Assembly: GCA_963695095.1 (NCBI GenBank)
Contig: CAVOFT010000001.1
Coordinates: forward strand, 832,001 to 896,000
DNA: 64,000 nt
Direction of reading: 5' to 3'
Source: an uncultured bacterium
GTDB taxonomy: Bacteria > Krumholzibacteriota > Krumholzibacteriia > JACNKJ01
Positions 1-10,825 of this stretch are shown here, piece by piece; the first letter of the stretch is position 1, and the number at the start of each line of letters is the position of its first letter. The translations under genes and the position numbers were made by a program. The notes beneath the pieces are model-generated. The model ran no database searches and was not told the origin of the DNA. It saw nothing but the letters and a program-made list of their open reading frames with translations.

Positions 1-110
1 CCCACGTAGGGCGTCACCTCGAGACTGGGGTACTCCTGGAAAGCGAGCCCCGGTGTCGCCGCAAGGGCGATCAGCACGAGTGCACACAGGGATGCGGCGA
101 GGCTTCTCAT
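1..110 (-). CDS. 5' part of a secreted protein (possibly outer-membrane beta-barrel/OmpA-like); runs off the window edge
   Basis: Manual translation MRSLAASLCALVLIALAATPGLAFQEYPSLEVTPYVG...; signal-peptide-like N-terminus; AAGGAG RBS at 115-120 on minus strand. Confidence 0.6.
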   Translation of the reverse strand, partial: MRSLAASLCALVLIALAATPGLAFQEYPSLEVTPYV

Positions 111-167
111 GGCGCTCCTTGCGGCTGAATGCGTCTCCGTGGGGCGGGGGCGGGACGACCCGCAGGG

Positions 168-260
168 AGAGTACAGAAGCACCGCCTCGAAATCAAGCCT
201 GGGCCGCCCTAAACCAAAGCCTTGCGTCACCTTGCGACCTCAGCCCGCTTGGCGTAGACT
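168..260. promoter_or_regulatory. Divergent sigma70-like promoters
   Basis: Plus strand TTGCGA(232-237)-17 nt-TAGACT(255-260); minus strand TTGATT(196-191)-17 nt-TACTCT(173-168). Confidence 0.4.
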
Positions 261-329
261 GGCCGGGCGCCGGGATCCGCTGCCGGCCGCCCGCCGGCGG
301 TCTGGTGTCGCCGAGCGCAGGGAGGACGC

Positions 330-1247
330 GTGAAGATCCGCCTGGGCCTGGCCCAGATCGAACCGGCGCTGGGCCTGCCCGCACGGAACCTGGAGTTGCA
401 CCTGGCGGCGATCGACGAGGCCCGCGCCCGCGGCCTCGATCTGCTGCTCTTCCCGGAGCTCAGCCTCACCGGCTACCTGCTCAAGGATCTCGTGCCCGAG
501 ATCGCGCGGCCCTGGCCCGATCCCTTCTTCGCGCCGCTGCTGGAGGCCTCTCGGCATCTCGACCTCGCCTTCGGCTTCGTCGAGCGCGGCGAGGATCTGC
601 TCAACTACAATTGCCTGGCCTACCTGGCCGACGGGCGCCTCGTCCACAAGCACCGCAAGGCCTATCTGCCCACCTACGGCATGTTCGACGAGCAGCGCTA
701 CTTCGCAGCCGGTGCGACCCTCGAGGCCTTTCCGACGCGCTTCGGGCGCCTGGCCATGCTCATCTGCGAGGACCTCTGGCATCCCTCGCTGCCCTATCTC
801 GCCTTCATCGACGGCGCCCTCGGCCTCCTCGTCGCCAGCGCGAGTCCGCAGCGCGGACTCGAGGGCTCCGCGGCCGGTGGCCAGCCGGCCAATGTCGCCT
901 TCTGGGGCGGCTTGCTCAGCCATCACGCGCGGCAGTACGCGGGCTTCGTCGCCTTCTGCAACCGCTGCGGCGTCGAGGACGGCAGCAGCTACTGGGGCGG
1001 CAGCCGGCTCGTCGGCGCCGATGGCGAGGCGATTGCCGCCGGGCCCCTGCACGAGCCGGCGCTGGTGGCCGGCGAGGTCGATCTCGCCGAGCTGGCGCGA
1101 CGCCGGCGGGGCTTCTCCCTGCTGCGCGACGAGCGGCCCGAGCTGGTCTACCGCGCCCTGGAGCGCATCCTCCGCCGCCGCGCGGGCGGCGGCGAGGAGA
1201 GCGCCGCCGGTGAGGAGAGCGCCGCCGGCGAGGCCGGGTCGCCATGA
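330..1247 (+). CDS. Carbon-nitrogen hydrolase (nitrilase family); probable stand-alone glutaminase subunit of NAD synthetase
   Basis: [27 protein letters not shown] and LICEDLW (Glu-Lys-Cys triad); ATGA overlap with nadE. Confidence 0.88.
   Translation: MKIRLGLAQIEPALGLPARNLELHLAAIDEARARGLDLLLFPELSLTGYLLKDLVPEIARPWPDPFFAPLLEASRHLDLAFGFVERGEDLLNYNCLAYLADGRLVHKHRKAYLPTYGMFDEQRYFAAGATLEAFPTRFGRLAMLICEDLWHPSLPYLAFIDGALGLLVASASPQRGLEGSAAGGQPANVAFWGGLLSHHARQYAGFVAFCNRCGVEDGSSYWGGSRLVGADGEAIAAGPLHEPALVAGEVDLAELARRRRGFSLLRDERPELVYRALERILRRRAGGGEESAAGEESAAGEAGSP
1190..1232 (+). repeat. 18-bp tandem repeat encoding GEESAA twice at the C-terminus
   Basis: GG(C/T)GAGGAGAGCGCCGCC twice, plus a partial GGCGAG. 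Confidence 0.8.
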
Positions 1248-2083
1248 GCGTCCCCTTGCCGGACCTGGCCGCCATCGACTACGCCTTGCTGCGCAAGATC
1301 CTGGTGCAGTTCATCCGCAGCGAAGTGCGGCGCACGGGTCTCACGCGCGGCGTGCTGGGCCTTTCCGGCGGCCTGGACTCGAGTCTCGTCGCCGCGCTGG
1401 CCGCCGAGGCCCTCGGCCCCGAACAGGTGCTGGGCCTGGCCATGCCCTATCGCACGAGCAGCCCCGAGAGCCTGGCCCATGCGCGCCTGATGGTGGAGCA
1501 CACGGGCATCCGCCTGGCCGTGGTCGAGATCACGCCCATGGTCGACGCCTACTTCGCGGCCGAACCGGAGGCCGGCAGCCTGCGCCGCGGCAACAAGATG
1601 GCCCGCGAGCGCATGAGCATCCTCTACGATCGCTCGGCCGTCGAAGGCGCGCTGGTGCTGGGCACCAGCAACAAGAGCGAGATCTTCCTCGGCTACGGCA
1701 CGGCCTACGGCGACCTGGCCAGCGCGATCAATCCCATCGGTGATCTCTTCAAGACCCAGGTGCGGGGCCTGAGCCGATTCCTCGGCCTGCCGGCGGCCAT
1801 CGTCGACAAGGCGCCGAGCGCGGACCTCTGGGCGGGCCAGAGCGACGAGGCTGAGCTGGGCTTCAGCTACGAGGCCGTCGATCCGCTGCTCTACCTGATG
1901 CTCGACGAGCGCCTGGAGCGCGAGGCGCTGCTGGCGCGGGGCTGGGAGCCGGCCTTCGTGGACCGCATCACCGAGATGATCCGCCGCTCCCAGTTCAAGC
2001 GGCGCCTGCCCGTGATCGCCAAGGTCTCTCGACGCACGGCGGATCGCGACTTCCTCTACCCGCGCGACTGGGGAAGCGGATGA
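1244..2083 (+). CDS. nadE: NAD+ synthetase
   Basis: [12 protein letters not shown]-loop, [30 protein letters not shown]. Confidence 0.95.
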   Translation: MSVPLPDLAAIDYALLRKILVQFIRSEVRRTGLTRGVLGLSGGLDSSLVAALAAEALGPEQVLGLAMPYRTSSPESLAHARLMVEHTGIRLAVVEITPMVDAYFAAEPEAGSLRRGNKMARERMSILYDRSAVEGALVLGTSNKSEIFLGYGTAYGDLASAINPIGDLFKTQVRGLSRFLGLPAAIVDKAPSADLWAGQSDEAELGFSYEAVDPLLYLMLDERLEREALLARGWEPAFVDRITEMIRRSQFKRRLPVIAKVSRRTADRDFLYPRDWGSG

Positions 2084-2823
2084 GCGAGCCGCAGCCGCCG
2101 GTGCCCGCGCCCGCTGGCGGGGCGCCTGGGCGCCTCATCCTGGTGCCGACCCCCGTGGGCAACCGGGAGGACCTCTCGCCGCGCGCCTTGCGCGTGCTGG
2201 CCGAGGCGGATCTCGTCGCGGCCGAGGACACGCGGCACACGGGGCAGCTCCTGGCGGGCTTCGGCCTGAAGCCGCGCTACCTCGCCTTTCACGAGCACAA
2301 CGAGGAGAAGCAGCTGCCCAGGCTGCTGGCGGCCCTCGCGGCGGGCCAGCGGGTAGCGCTGGTCAGCGATGCCGGTACGCCGGGACTCTGCGATCCGGGC
2401 TTCCGCGCCGTGCGTGCCGCCCTGGCCGCCGGCCATACCGTGGAGGCGCTGCCGGGCCCGACGGCGCTCATTCCGGCCCTCGTGGCGAGCGGACTGCCCT
2501 GCGAGCGCTTCGTCTTCGAAGGCTACCTGCCGAGGAAGCCCGGCGCGCGCCGGGCGGCTCTGGCCGCCCTGGCCGCGGAGACGCGCAGCACGGTCTTCTA
2601 CGAATCGCCGCACCGGCTCGCCCGCAGTCTCGCCGAGCTGGCAGCCCTGCTGCCGGAGCGACCCGTCGTCGTCGCGCGCGAGCTGAGCAAGCTGCACGAG
2701 GAGTACTGGCGCGGCACGGCTGCGGAGCTGGCGGCGGCTCTCGAGGACAGGCCGCTGCGCGGCGAGTTCGTGCTCATCGTCGGGGGCGCGGCCGCCGCCT
2801 TGCCCCCCCGGCGCCTGCCTTGA
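2080..2823 (+). CDS. rsmI: 16S rRNA C1402 2'-O-methyltransferase
   Basis: [52 protein letters not shown]. Confidence 0.95.
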   Translation: MSEPQPPVPAPAGGAPGRLILVPTPVGNREDLSPRALRVLAEADLVAAEDTRHTGQLLAGFGLKPRYLAFHEHNEEKQLPRLLAALAAGQRVALVSDAGTPGLCDPGFRAVRAALAAGHTVEALPGPTALIPALVASGLPCERFVFEGYLPRKPGARRAALAALAAETRSTVFYESPHRLARSLAELAALLPERPVVVARELSKLHEEYWRGTAAELAAALEDRPLRGEFVLIVGGAAAALPPRRLP

Positions 2824-2848
2824 CAGGGGCGCGGGGCCATGATAGCGT
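2820..2848 (+). promoter_or_regulatory. sigma70-like promoter
   Basis: TTGACA-17 nt-TAGCGT with an extended TG; GAGGAG RBS before ATG 2883. Confidence 0.55.
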
Positions 2849-2882
2849 TGCCGGGTTGTAAGCCCATACGAATTGAGGAGTT

Positions 2883-3531
2883 ATGACGCCCGATAAGGCA
2901 TCGGCCCAGCGCGTCGTCCGGCGCATCCTCGATCCGGTGGCCGCGGGCGGCCTGCGCCTGGGCCTGAGCCCGGATGCTCTGACCCTCATCGGCCTCACGC
3001 TGTCCATCGCCGCCGGCCTGGCGGTGGCGACGGGCCGGCTCTACCCGGCCACCCTGCTGCTCTTCCTGGGCGCCCTCTGCGACATTCTCGACGGCAGCAT
3101 GGCGCGGCGGGCGGGCCGCTCGAGCCGCCGTGGCGCCTTTCTCGATTCGACCCTGGATCGCCTGGCCGAGATCGCCGTCTTCATCGGGCTCGTCGTCCAC
3201 TTCCGCGAACAGCCCTTCGTGCAGGTACTCACGCGTCCTGGCACTCACCGGATCCCTGATGACCAGCTATGCGCGGGCCCGCGCCGAGGGCCTGGGTGTC
3301 GACTGCAAGGTGGGCCTGCTCGAGAGGCCCGAGCGCCTGGCCCTGCTCATCCTCGGTTTGCTGCTGGCGCCGCTCCGTCTGGGCGGCCTGGGCCTGCTCG
3401 AATGGGTGATCGCCCTGCTCGCGCTGCTCACCTACGTCACGACCCTGCAGCGCATCCTGCACGTGCTGGGGCGCACGGCGGCGCTGGACGCCACGCCCGC
3501 CCGCTCGGACTCCGCTCGCTCTCCCCGCTAA
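2883..3531 (+). CDS. CDP-alcohol phosphatidyltransferase (PgsA/PI synthase-like); frameshift near 3232
   Basis: [10 protein letters not shown]...[10 protein letters not shown] motif in the first frame; [11 protein letters not shown]...GLLERPER in the second frame. Confidence 0.88.
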
Positions 3532-3541
3532 GAGGAAGGCC

Positions 3542-4213
3542 ATGGCGCGGAATTTGCCAAAACGCATTGCCGGTGGACTGTTCATCAGCCTGGAGGGAGG
3601 CGAGGGCAGCGGCAAGAGCACCCTGCTCGGACAGATCCGGGAATTCCTGGAACAGGAAGGCTACGACGTCCTTATCACGCGCGAACCGGGCGGACCGCCC
3701 ATCGCCGAGGCCGTGCGCGGCATCCTGCTCGATCCGGACAACCGGGCCATGGATCCGCTCACGGAGCTCTTCCTCTACCTGGCGTCGCGCCGGCAGAACC
3801 TGGTGGAGCGAATCCTGCCCCAGCTGGCCGCCGGCGGCGTGGTTGTCAGTGATCGCTTTGCGGACGCCAGTGTCGCTTATCAAGGCGGCGGCCGCGAACT
3901 GGGCCTGCCGCGGGTGGAGCGGCTGAACCGGGAAGCCATCGGCGACTGCGAGCCGCAGTTGACCTTCTTCCTGGACCTCGATCCCGCGCAGGGACTGGCG
4001 CGCGGGCCCGGGGTGACGGCCACCGACGCCAGTGGGGGCGACCGCATCGAGCGCGAGTCCCTGGCCTTTCACGAGCGCGTGCGCGCGGCCTACCTCGATC
4101 TGGCCGCGCGGCACCCCGAGCGCGTGGAGCTGCTCGACGCCGGCGCGCCGCCGGACGTCGTCGCCGCCGCCGCTCTCGCCATCCTGCGGCGCCGGCTGGC
4201 CGCAGCGGACTGA
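3542..4213 (+). CDS. tmk: Thymidylate kinase
   Basis: FISLEGGEGSGKST, TREPGG, SDRFADASVAYQG, DRIERE. Confidence 0.95.
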   Translation: MARNLPKRIAGGLFISLEGGEGSGKSTLLGQIREFLEQEGYDVLITREPGGPPIAEAVRGILLDPDNRAMDPLTELFLYLASRRQNLVERILPQLAAGGVVVSDRFADASVAYQGGGRELGLPRVERLNREAIGDCEPQLTFFLDLDPAQGLARGPGVTATDASGGDRIERESLAFHERVRAAYLDLAARHPERVELLDAGAPPDVVAAAALAILRRRLAAAD

Positions 4214-4291
4214 AACGCAGCGGCGCTTTGCCCTTGCCCCGCCGAGGGCTTATTTTGCAGGAGCTTCCCCATAGCCCCACAGGGAGATACC

Positions 4292-5938
4292 GTGCGCCTC
4301 CACACCAAGAGAATCCTCATCATCGCGCTGGTCGCGGGCGTCAGCTTCGCGGCGGGCCTGCTCACCACCGGCGCTGCCGCCAACAATCGCGCGGAGACCC
4401 TGCGCAATCTCGAACGCTTCAGCCGCGTCTACCAGAAGATCATCGAGAGCTATGTGGAGGAAGAGGACAGCAAGGCGCTGGTGGACGCCGCCATCGAGGC
4501 GATGATCGACAAGCTCGATCCCTTCAGCGCCTACATGGACCAGGCGATGCTGGAGGACTTGCTCGTCAAGACGAAGGGCGAGTTCGGCGGCCTGGGCATC
4601 ATCATCAGCGTGCGCGACGAGTTCCCGACCGTGGTCAGTCCCATCGAGGACACGCCGGCGGCGCGGCTGGGCATTCGCGGCGGCGACAAGATCGTCGAGA
4701 TCGAGGGCGAGAGCACGCGGGGCTGGAACGTGCAGGACGCCGTTGACAAGCTGCGCGGGCCCGAGGGCACGGTGGTCAACATCGGCGTCCAGCGCTTCGG
4801 CAGCGACGAGGTGCTGCCCTATCACATCACGCGGGCGATCATCCCCGTCGAGAGCGTGCCCTACCATTTCGTACTCGCTGACGACATCGGCTACGTGCGC
4901 TGCACGAACTTCGGCGAGCGCACCGCCGAGGAGCTGCGCGCAGCCATCCTCGATCTCGAGCGGCAGGGCGTCAAGGGGCTCATCCTCGATCTGCGCAACA
5001 ACCCGGGCGGGCTGCTCGAGAGCGCGAAGGATGTCAGCGATCTCTTCCTCGATGCCGGGCAGATCATCGTCAGCACGCGCGGCCGTGACGGGCGCCGGCT
5101 CCAGGAGATCTACGCCAGGGGCGGCGAGCGCTTCGCGCAAGACTACCCCTTGGTCGTGATGATCAACGAGTACTCGGCCTCCGCCAGCGAGATCGTCGCC
5201 GGCGCCGTGCAGGACTGGGATCGCGGCCTCGTGGTGGGGCGCAGCTCCTATGGCAAGGGCAGCGTGCAGAGCATCTTCTCGATCTCGGAGATGGAGGCGC
5301 TCAAGCTGACCACCGCCAAGTACTACACGCCCAGCGGCCGCTGCATCCACAAGGACGAGAACAACGAGCGGCCCGACTTCGACACCAACGGCGACGGCAT
5401 CGTCACCGAGGCCGAGGTGGAGGCGATGGAGGCGGCCGAGCTGGCCACCGCGCCGGAGTCTCCCGTGGACAGCGAGCTGCCGCTCTACGCCACCCTCAAG
5501 CTGCAGCGGCCCGTGCGCGGCGGCGGCGGCATCATGCCGGACATCGTGCTGGCGGCCGACGAAATCACGGATGTGGCCCTTGACCTCGAAAGACGCTCTG
5601 CGTTCTTTAATTTTGCCGTGGAGCTGCTGGCCGAGCACCCGGTGGATCACGACTTCCAGGTGAGCGCCGCGTTGCTGGCCCGCTTCCGCGGCTGGCTGAG
5701 CGCGAAGGAGATCGCGGTCGAGGATCAGGCCTACACGGACAACGAGGACTACATCCGCATGGCCCTGCGGCGGGAAGTCCTCTACAAGCAGTTCGGCAGC
5801 GCAGAAGCCTACCGCTCGACGCTGGGCATGGACCGCGTGCTCCAGGAAACGCTCAGCCTGCTCAAGGGCCAGCGCGACCTGGACACTCTCCTCGCGCGCA
5901 GCGGCGAGACCGGCGGCGCCACCGCAACCCGGCAGTAG
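4292..5938 (+). CDS. S41 C-terminal processing peptidase (CtpA/Prc type) with PDZ domain
   Basis: Signal/TM N-terminus, GEFGGLGI, LDLRNNPGGLL, SASASEIVAGAVQD, SYGKGSVQ, TTAKYYTPSGR. Confidence 0.93.
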   Translation: MRLHTKRILIIALVAGVSFAAGLLTTGAAANNRAETLRNLERFSRVYQKIIESYVEEEDSKALVDAAIEAMIDKLDPFSAYMDQAMLEDLLVKTKGEFGGLGIIISVRDEFPTVVSPIEDTPAARLGIRGGDKIVEIEGESTRGWNVQDAVDKLRGPEGTVVNIGVQRFGSDEVLPYHITRAIIPVESVPYHFVLADDIGYVRCTNFGERTAEELRAAILDLERQGVKGLILDLRNNPGGLLESAKDVSDLFLDAGQIIVSTRGRDGRRLQEIYARGGERFAQDYPLVVMINEYSASASEIVAGAVQDWDRGLVVGRSSYGKGSVQSIFSISEMEALKLTTAKYYTPSGRCIHKDENNERPDFDTNGDGIVTEAEVEAMEAAELATAPESPVDSELPLYATLKLQRPVRGGGGIMPDIVLAADEITDVALDLERRSAFFNFAVELLAEHPVDHDFQVSAALLARFRGWLSAKEIAVEDQAYTDNEDYIRMALRREVLYKQFGSAEAYRSTLGMDRVLQETLSLLKGQRDLDTLLARSGETGGATATRQ

Positions 5939-5973
5939 ACCGCGCCCTCCGGGCGCGGGGCCCGGACGGGAGC

Positions 5974-6687
5974 ATGTACAAAGCAACGCTCATCTGCGAC
6001 GCCGACACCGGCGTGCTCGCAGTCCGGGAAGACGATCACCCCGCCAACGCGCTGGCCGAGCGCGCTTGGCGGGAGTGGCGCGAAAAAGGCTGCAGCTCGG
6101 CCGCCTTCGCCAGCCTCGACATGGACGCGGTGGACGACTACATCCGCACCCAGTCGGTCGAGCCCTACTTCTCCGACTTCCACGACTTCGTCTACGAGCA
6201 GCAGATCCTCTTCGGCGTCGTCACCCAGCGCATGGGCCGCATCGTGGAGACCATCCTGCGCCGGCAAGGCCTGGAGCGCATTCCGGTCTTCGCGAACCAG
6301 ATCGACGTGGAGCCCTTCACCATCCGCCTGCGCTTCCCCTACTTCAACGTGATGGGCTGCCAGGATTGCCCGAGCTGCAATCTCCACCACCTGAAGCGCT
6401 TCCGGCGGCCAGGCGTGCCGCTGATCTTCGTGGGCGAGAAGGGGCAGGACGTCTGCGCCGCCGCGGCCGCCGACCTCGTCTTCGCGCGCGGCGAGCTGCG
6501 CAAGCGCTGCGAGGGGGCGGGCCTCGCGCATCACGCGATCCACAACCTGCGCGACGTCGAGCGCATTCTCGAGCGCCTGATCATGACCGGCGCCCTGGAG
6601 CGCCTGCCGCGCAAGGAAGGCGTGGAGGTCAAGCCGTGGCGATCCGCGGCAGGTGACTGCCAAGACGCGCCAGAATCTCGTAGTTGA
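5974..6687 (+). CDS. HAD-IB family phosphatase-like protein (MtnX-like), divergent motif I
   Basis: N-terminal CDADTG in place of CDFDGT; PVFAN, CxxCxxC, IFVGE...DVCAA..ADLVFAR. Confidence 0.65.
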   Translation: MYKATLICDADTGVLAVREDDHPANALAERAWREWREKGCSSAAFASLDMDAVDDYIRTQSVEPYFSDFHDFVYEQQILFGVVTQRMGRIVETILRRQGLERIPVFANQIDVEPFTIRLRFPYFNVMGCQDCPSCNLHHLKRFRRPGVPLIFVGEKGQDVCAAAAADLVFARGELRKRCEGAGLAHHAIHNLRDVERILERLIMTGALERLPRKEGVEVKPWRSAAGDCQDAPESRS

Positions 6688-7777
6688 TCGTGCCGGCCGC
6701 CTCGGCCAGCAGCTCCGCGCTCACCCGCTCGTCCCCCTGCGATCCGATCAGCACCGCCTCGTCGCCCCGCGCCGCCTCCGGGTTGTGCGTGAGATCGATC
6801 AGCGTGAGGTTCATCATCACGCGTCCGCGCACCGGCGCCCGGCGCCCGCGCACCAGGGCGTGCGCGCCGCCCAGGCTGCGATCGTAGCCGTCGAAGTAGC
6901 CGATGGGCAGCACGCCCAGCCGCGTCGCCGTCTCCGCCCGCCAGCTGCAGCCGTAGCCGACGTAGGCGCCGGCGGCCACCGGCTTGACCTGGATGATGCG
7001 CGCCTTCCAGCTCAGCACCGGCTGCAGGTCCAGGCGATTGCGCCCCGCGGCCTGGGCGCTGACGCGGGTCTCGCGGCTCGGCCAGTGGCCGTAGAGGCTG
7101 ATGCCCACGCGCAGCAGGTCGTGGTGGGTCTCGGGAAAGAGGATGGCCGCCGCCGAGCAGGAGGCGTGGGTCAGGCGCGGCGTCACCCCGAGCTCGGCCA
7201 GGCGCGTGCGCATGGCGGCGAAGCGCTCCATCTGCGCGCGGGCATAGCTGTGGTCCGTGGTGTCCTCGATGTTGGCGAAGTGCGAGTGCAGGCCCTCCAC
7301 GACGAGGCGCGGGCTGGCCGCGAGCGCGGCGGCGAGCGCCTCCAGCTCCTCGGCGCGGAAGCCCTGCCGGTTGACGCCGGTCTCGAGCTTGAGGTGCACG
7401 GGCAGGTCGGCGCCCGCCGCCGCGGCGGCACCGGCGGCCTCGGCGAGCCCCTCCAGGTCGATGAGCGTGAGGCGGGCGCCGGCAGCGGCCAGGGCGCCGA
7501 TCTGCTCGGCGGGAACGGCGGAGAGCACGAGGAGCTTCGGCTCGCGCAGGGCGGGCAGCGCGGCGAGGGCGAGGGCCTCCTCGGCGGCGTGGACGCCGAA
7601 CCACTGCTGACCGGCCTCGGCGAGCAGGCGCCCGACCAGCTCGAGGCCGTGGCCGTAGGCGTTGGCCTTGAGCACGGGCAGCAGCACGCGCCCCGGCCCC
7701 GCCTGCGCGCGGAAGAGCGCCCAGTTGGCCAGCAGCGCGGAGCGCGAGACCTCGATCCAGCTCAGGGGGCCCCTCAC
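6629..7777 (-). CDS. alr: Alanine racemase
   Basis: PVLKANAYGHG PLP-lysine, HLKLETGVNRQG, HSHFANIED, PIGYFDGY, GTINYEI; GTG start overlaps the upstream TGA. Confidence 0.93.
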   Translation of the reverse strand: MRGPLSWIEVSRSALLANWALFRAQAGPGRVLLPVLKANAYGHGLELVGRLLAEAGQQWFGVHAAEEALALAALPALREPKLLVLSAVPAEQIGALAAAGARLTLIDLEGLAEAAGAAAAAGADLPVHLKLETGVNRQGFRAEELEALAAALAASPRLVVEGLHSHFANIEDTTDHSYARAQMERFAAMRTRLAELGVTPRLTHASCSAAAILFPETHHDLLRVGISLYGHWPSRETRVSAQAAGRNRLDLQPVLSWKARIIQVKPVAAGAYVGYGCSWRAETATRLGVLPIGYFDGYDRSLGGAHALVRGRRAPVRGRVMMNLTLIDLTHNPEAARGDEAVLIGSQGDERVSAELLAEAAGTINYEILARLGSHLPRIATA

Positions 7778-10271
7778 GCCTCGGCCTCCCGCGTCCAGGC
7801 CGCCACGCGCGCACCGGCGCCGAAATCCCAGACCGGCGCCCAGGCCAGCTCCAGCCAGTCCACGCGCAGATCGCTCTTGCGGGGAGCCAGCTCGCGCTGC
7901 GTCACGGCCCCCTGCAGATCTTCCCAGCGCGCGGCGATGGCCGCAGCGTCCTCGCCGAGCTTCGTCTCCAGCGCGGCGATCTCCTGCTGGAGGCGGGCGA
8001 TCTCCGCCTCGGACTCGGCGATGTTTCCGCGGGCGCGGCTCGTCATGCGGCGCTTGGTGGCGGCCGTGCTGAGACTGCGGCTGCGGCGGCCGAAGAGGCC
8101 GAGCATGCCGGCCAGGGTCTCGCCGGCGGCAATCAGCTCCTCGCGCTTGCGGCTCTCGTAGTTGGCGCGGTCCTCGCCCAGCTCGCGCTGTTCGCGGTCC
8201 AGGCGGGTCTGCAGCCGCCCGATGGCGAGCTCCGCCCGCTCGCGCAGCTTGGCCACCTCGGCGTCGCGGCGCTCGCGGGCGACCTGCCTCACGCGGGCGC
8301 GGAAGCTGGGCTCGTCCTCGTCGGGCTCGCTGGAGAGCTTCAGCGGCGGGCAGCTGAAGACGGCCAGGCGCTCGCCCCGCGCGAGCTGGTCCTTGAAGGC
8401 GCGGGCCTGGGCCTTGAGGAAGACCGCGCTGGCCAGGGGCGCGGGCAGGGGCGCGAAGCCGCCGGCGGCGGCAGGCGGCGCCAGGACGAGATCGGCTGCG
8501 GCCAGGTCCACGGGCAGGGCCGCCGACCAGTCGGGCACGGGGCCGAGCGCGTCGGTGGGCAGCAGCAGGCCGAGCGCCCGCTGCTCGTCGATGCCGCGAC
8601 GGCTGTCGACGAAGCTCAGCGCTCCCAGGCCGAGCAGGCCCGGCTCCCAGACGAGCCCGGCGGCGCCCTCGTCCACCGGCCGGCCATGCCGGCGCGAGAG
8701 GGCCAGGGCGGCGCTCTGGGCCGTGACGCGCAGGGGCAGGAAGCACTGGTTGCGCCCCGGTGGCAGCAGCGGCGGCGCATCCGCGAGGCCGGCGCTCCCG
8801 GCAGCGCTCGCCGCGGCGACGCCGCCCCCGGCCGCGGCGTCGGCCGTCGCCGAGGCCGCCGGGCCGGCGCCCGCCGCCGGCAGCAGGCGGCTGATCTGCT
8901 CGCGGGTCAGGGGGCCGGCGAGATAGGAGAGCGCCCAGCGCGAGGCGAAGAGCCGCGGCGCCGGCGCGTGGACGCTGCGCAGCAGGAACTGCCGGCCCTT
9001 CAGCCCCGCGATCAGCACGTCCGCCCGCGCGCGGTCCCAGCCGGCGGCGCCCGCGCCGGCGCTGTCGAGCCCATCGAGCAGGCGCTGCCGGTCGCGCTCG
9101 GTCTGCAGCTTGCCGATGAACCAGGTGCCGGCGTTCGAGAGCGCCTTGTAGTCCAGGTCCACGGGGTTCTGCGTCGTGAGCACGATGCCGAGCCCCGCCG
9201 CCCGCGCCTGCTTGAGCAGGGTGAGCAGGGGGCGTTTGCTGGGCGGCTCGGCCACGGGCGGCAGGTACCCAAAGACTTCGTCGATGTAAAGGAGCGCGCG
9301 CAGGCTGGTGGTGCCCGCCTGCCGGCGCTGCCAGGCCAGCACCTGCTCGAGCAGCAGGGTGACGAAGACCATGCGCTCCGTCTCGCTGAGGTGGGCGATC
9401 GAGAAGATCGACAGGCGCGGGCGGCCGTCGGGGGCCGTGAGCAGCGTGGCCGGATCCAGCGGCTCGCCCTGCATCCAGGCGCTGAAGGAGGGCGAGGCGA
9501 GCAGGGCGTTGAAGGCCATGGCGAGGGCGAAGCGCTCCTTGGCCGGGAAGAAGGTCTCCAGGTCGAAGACGCCCACGCGCTCGAGGCCGGGGTTCTGGAT
9601 GAGGCCGATCAGGCTCTCGAGGCCGAGCGCCTCGCCGGCCGCCCAGGCACGCTCCAGGAGCTGGGCGAGCAGGATGTGCTCGCGGTCCCGCAGGGGATCG
9701 GCGCTCACGCCGACCAGCCCGAGCAGCGCGCTCACGGTGCCGCGCACCTGGTCGCGCAGGGCCTCGCCCTCGGCACCGACGGGCGCGGCCAGCGAGGCGA
9801 GAATGGAAATCGGCAGGCCCGCGTCCGAGCCGGGCGTGTAGAGGCGCAGCTCGGCGGCCGCCTGCAGGCGCGCGATGCGATCGCCGTCCTGGCCCCAGTC
9901 GGCCAGGCCCTGCCGCCAGGTCGCGGCGGTCCTGGCGGCGAGTTCGTCCATGCTGTAATGCCCTGGCGGCGCGCCTCGTCGGCGTTCACCCAGGGCGCGA
10001 AGTCCGCGGGGGCGAGCGCGGGAAAGCCGAGCAGCAGGTTGCCGATGTCGCCCTTGGGATCGATGACGATGGCCGGCACGCCGTCGATGGCGGCCTCCTC
10101 GAGCAGGGCGAGGCAGAGGCCCGTCTTGCCCGAGCCCGTCATGCCCACGCAGACGGCATGCGTGCAGAAGTCGTTCGCGTCGAGCATGAGCGGCGCCTCG
10201 GCGCGGGCGCCGGTGGCGGGATCGAGCTCGCGGCCCAGGTAGAAGGCGCCCAGTTTCTCGGGAACTTGCAC
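7774..10271 (-). CDS. HerA/DUF87-like P-loop ATPase with C-terminal coiled coil; frameshift near 9955
   Basis: [14 protein letters not shown]alker [15 protein letters not shown] Walker [12 protein letters not shown]; the two ORFs join into one protein. Confidence 0.8.
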
Positions 10272-10327
10272 GGCATCCTCCTCGGCGTGCTAGGCTGGCG
10301 GGACTCCAGCCGGCATGGTAGCGGAAG

Positions 10328-10825
10328 ATGCTCCCTGTGAGAACGAGAAGCTCGCGGCGCGCGCGGGGCCTGATCCTGGCTGCGCTGCTCGCCGCGGTCG
10401 TGCTGGCCCAGCGCTTCTGGGTGGAAGGGCGCGCGCCGGGGGCGCCGGCGCCCGTGCCGCGGGCCACGAGAACGCCCAGGGCAGCCAGCGCGCGGCCGGC
10501 AGGGACGGTGGAGGCGGCCTTCGCGGCGCGCGCGTCCGGCGTCTGGGTCGAGGTGGAGGGCAACGTGGAGCGCCTGCTCGCCGACGACAGGGAGGGCAGC
10601 CGCCACCAGCGCTTCATCCTGCGCCTGGCCTCGGGGCACACCCTGCTCGTGGCCCACAACATCGACCTCGCCCCGCGCCTGCCGCTGGCCGTCGGGGACG
10701 CGATCAGCGCCCGCGGCGAGTACGAGTGGAACGCGGAGGGCGGCGTCCTGCACTGGACGCACAAGGACCCTGCCGGACGCCGCCCCGGCGGCTGGATCGA
10801 GCACGCGGGCCGCCGCTACGAGTAG
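10328..10825 (+). CDS. DUF3465-family protein (OB-fold-like, N-terminal TM)
   Basis: LLADDREGSRHQRFIL, VAHNIDLAPR, GEYEWNAEGGVLHWTHKDP. Confidence 0.8.
   Translation: MLPVRTRSSRRARGLILAALLAAVVLAQRFWVEGRAPGAPAPVPRATRTPRAASARPAGTVEAAFAARASGVWVEVEGNVERLLADDREGSRHQRFILRLASGHTLLVAHNIDLAPRLPLAVGDAISARGEYEWNAEGGVLHWTHKDPAGRRPGGWIEHAGRRYE

Noticed and set aside
7774..10825. HerA-like ATPase plus DUF3465 as an anti-phage defence pair
   Set aside because: The genes are divergent, the context is housekeeping, and no nuclease or Sir2 effector is recognisable.
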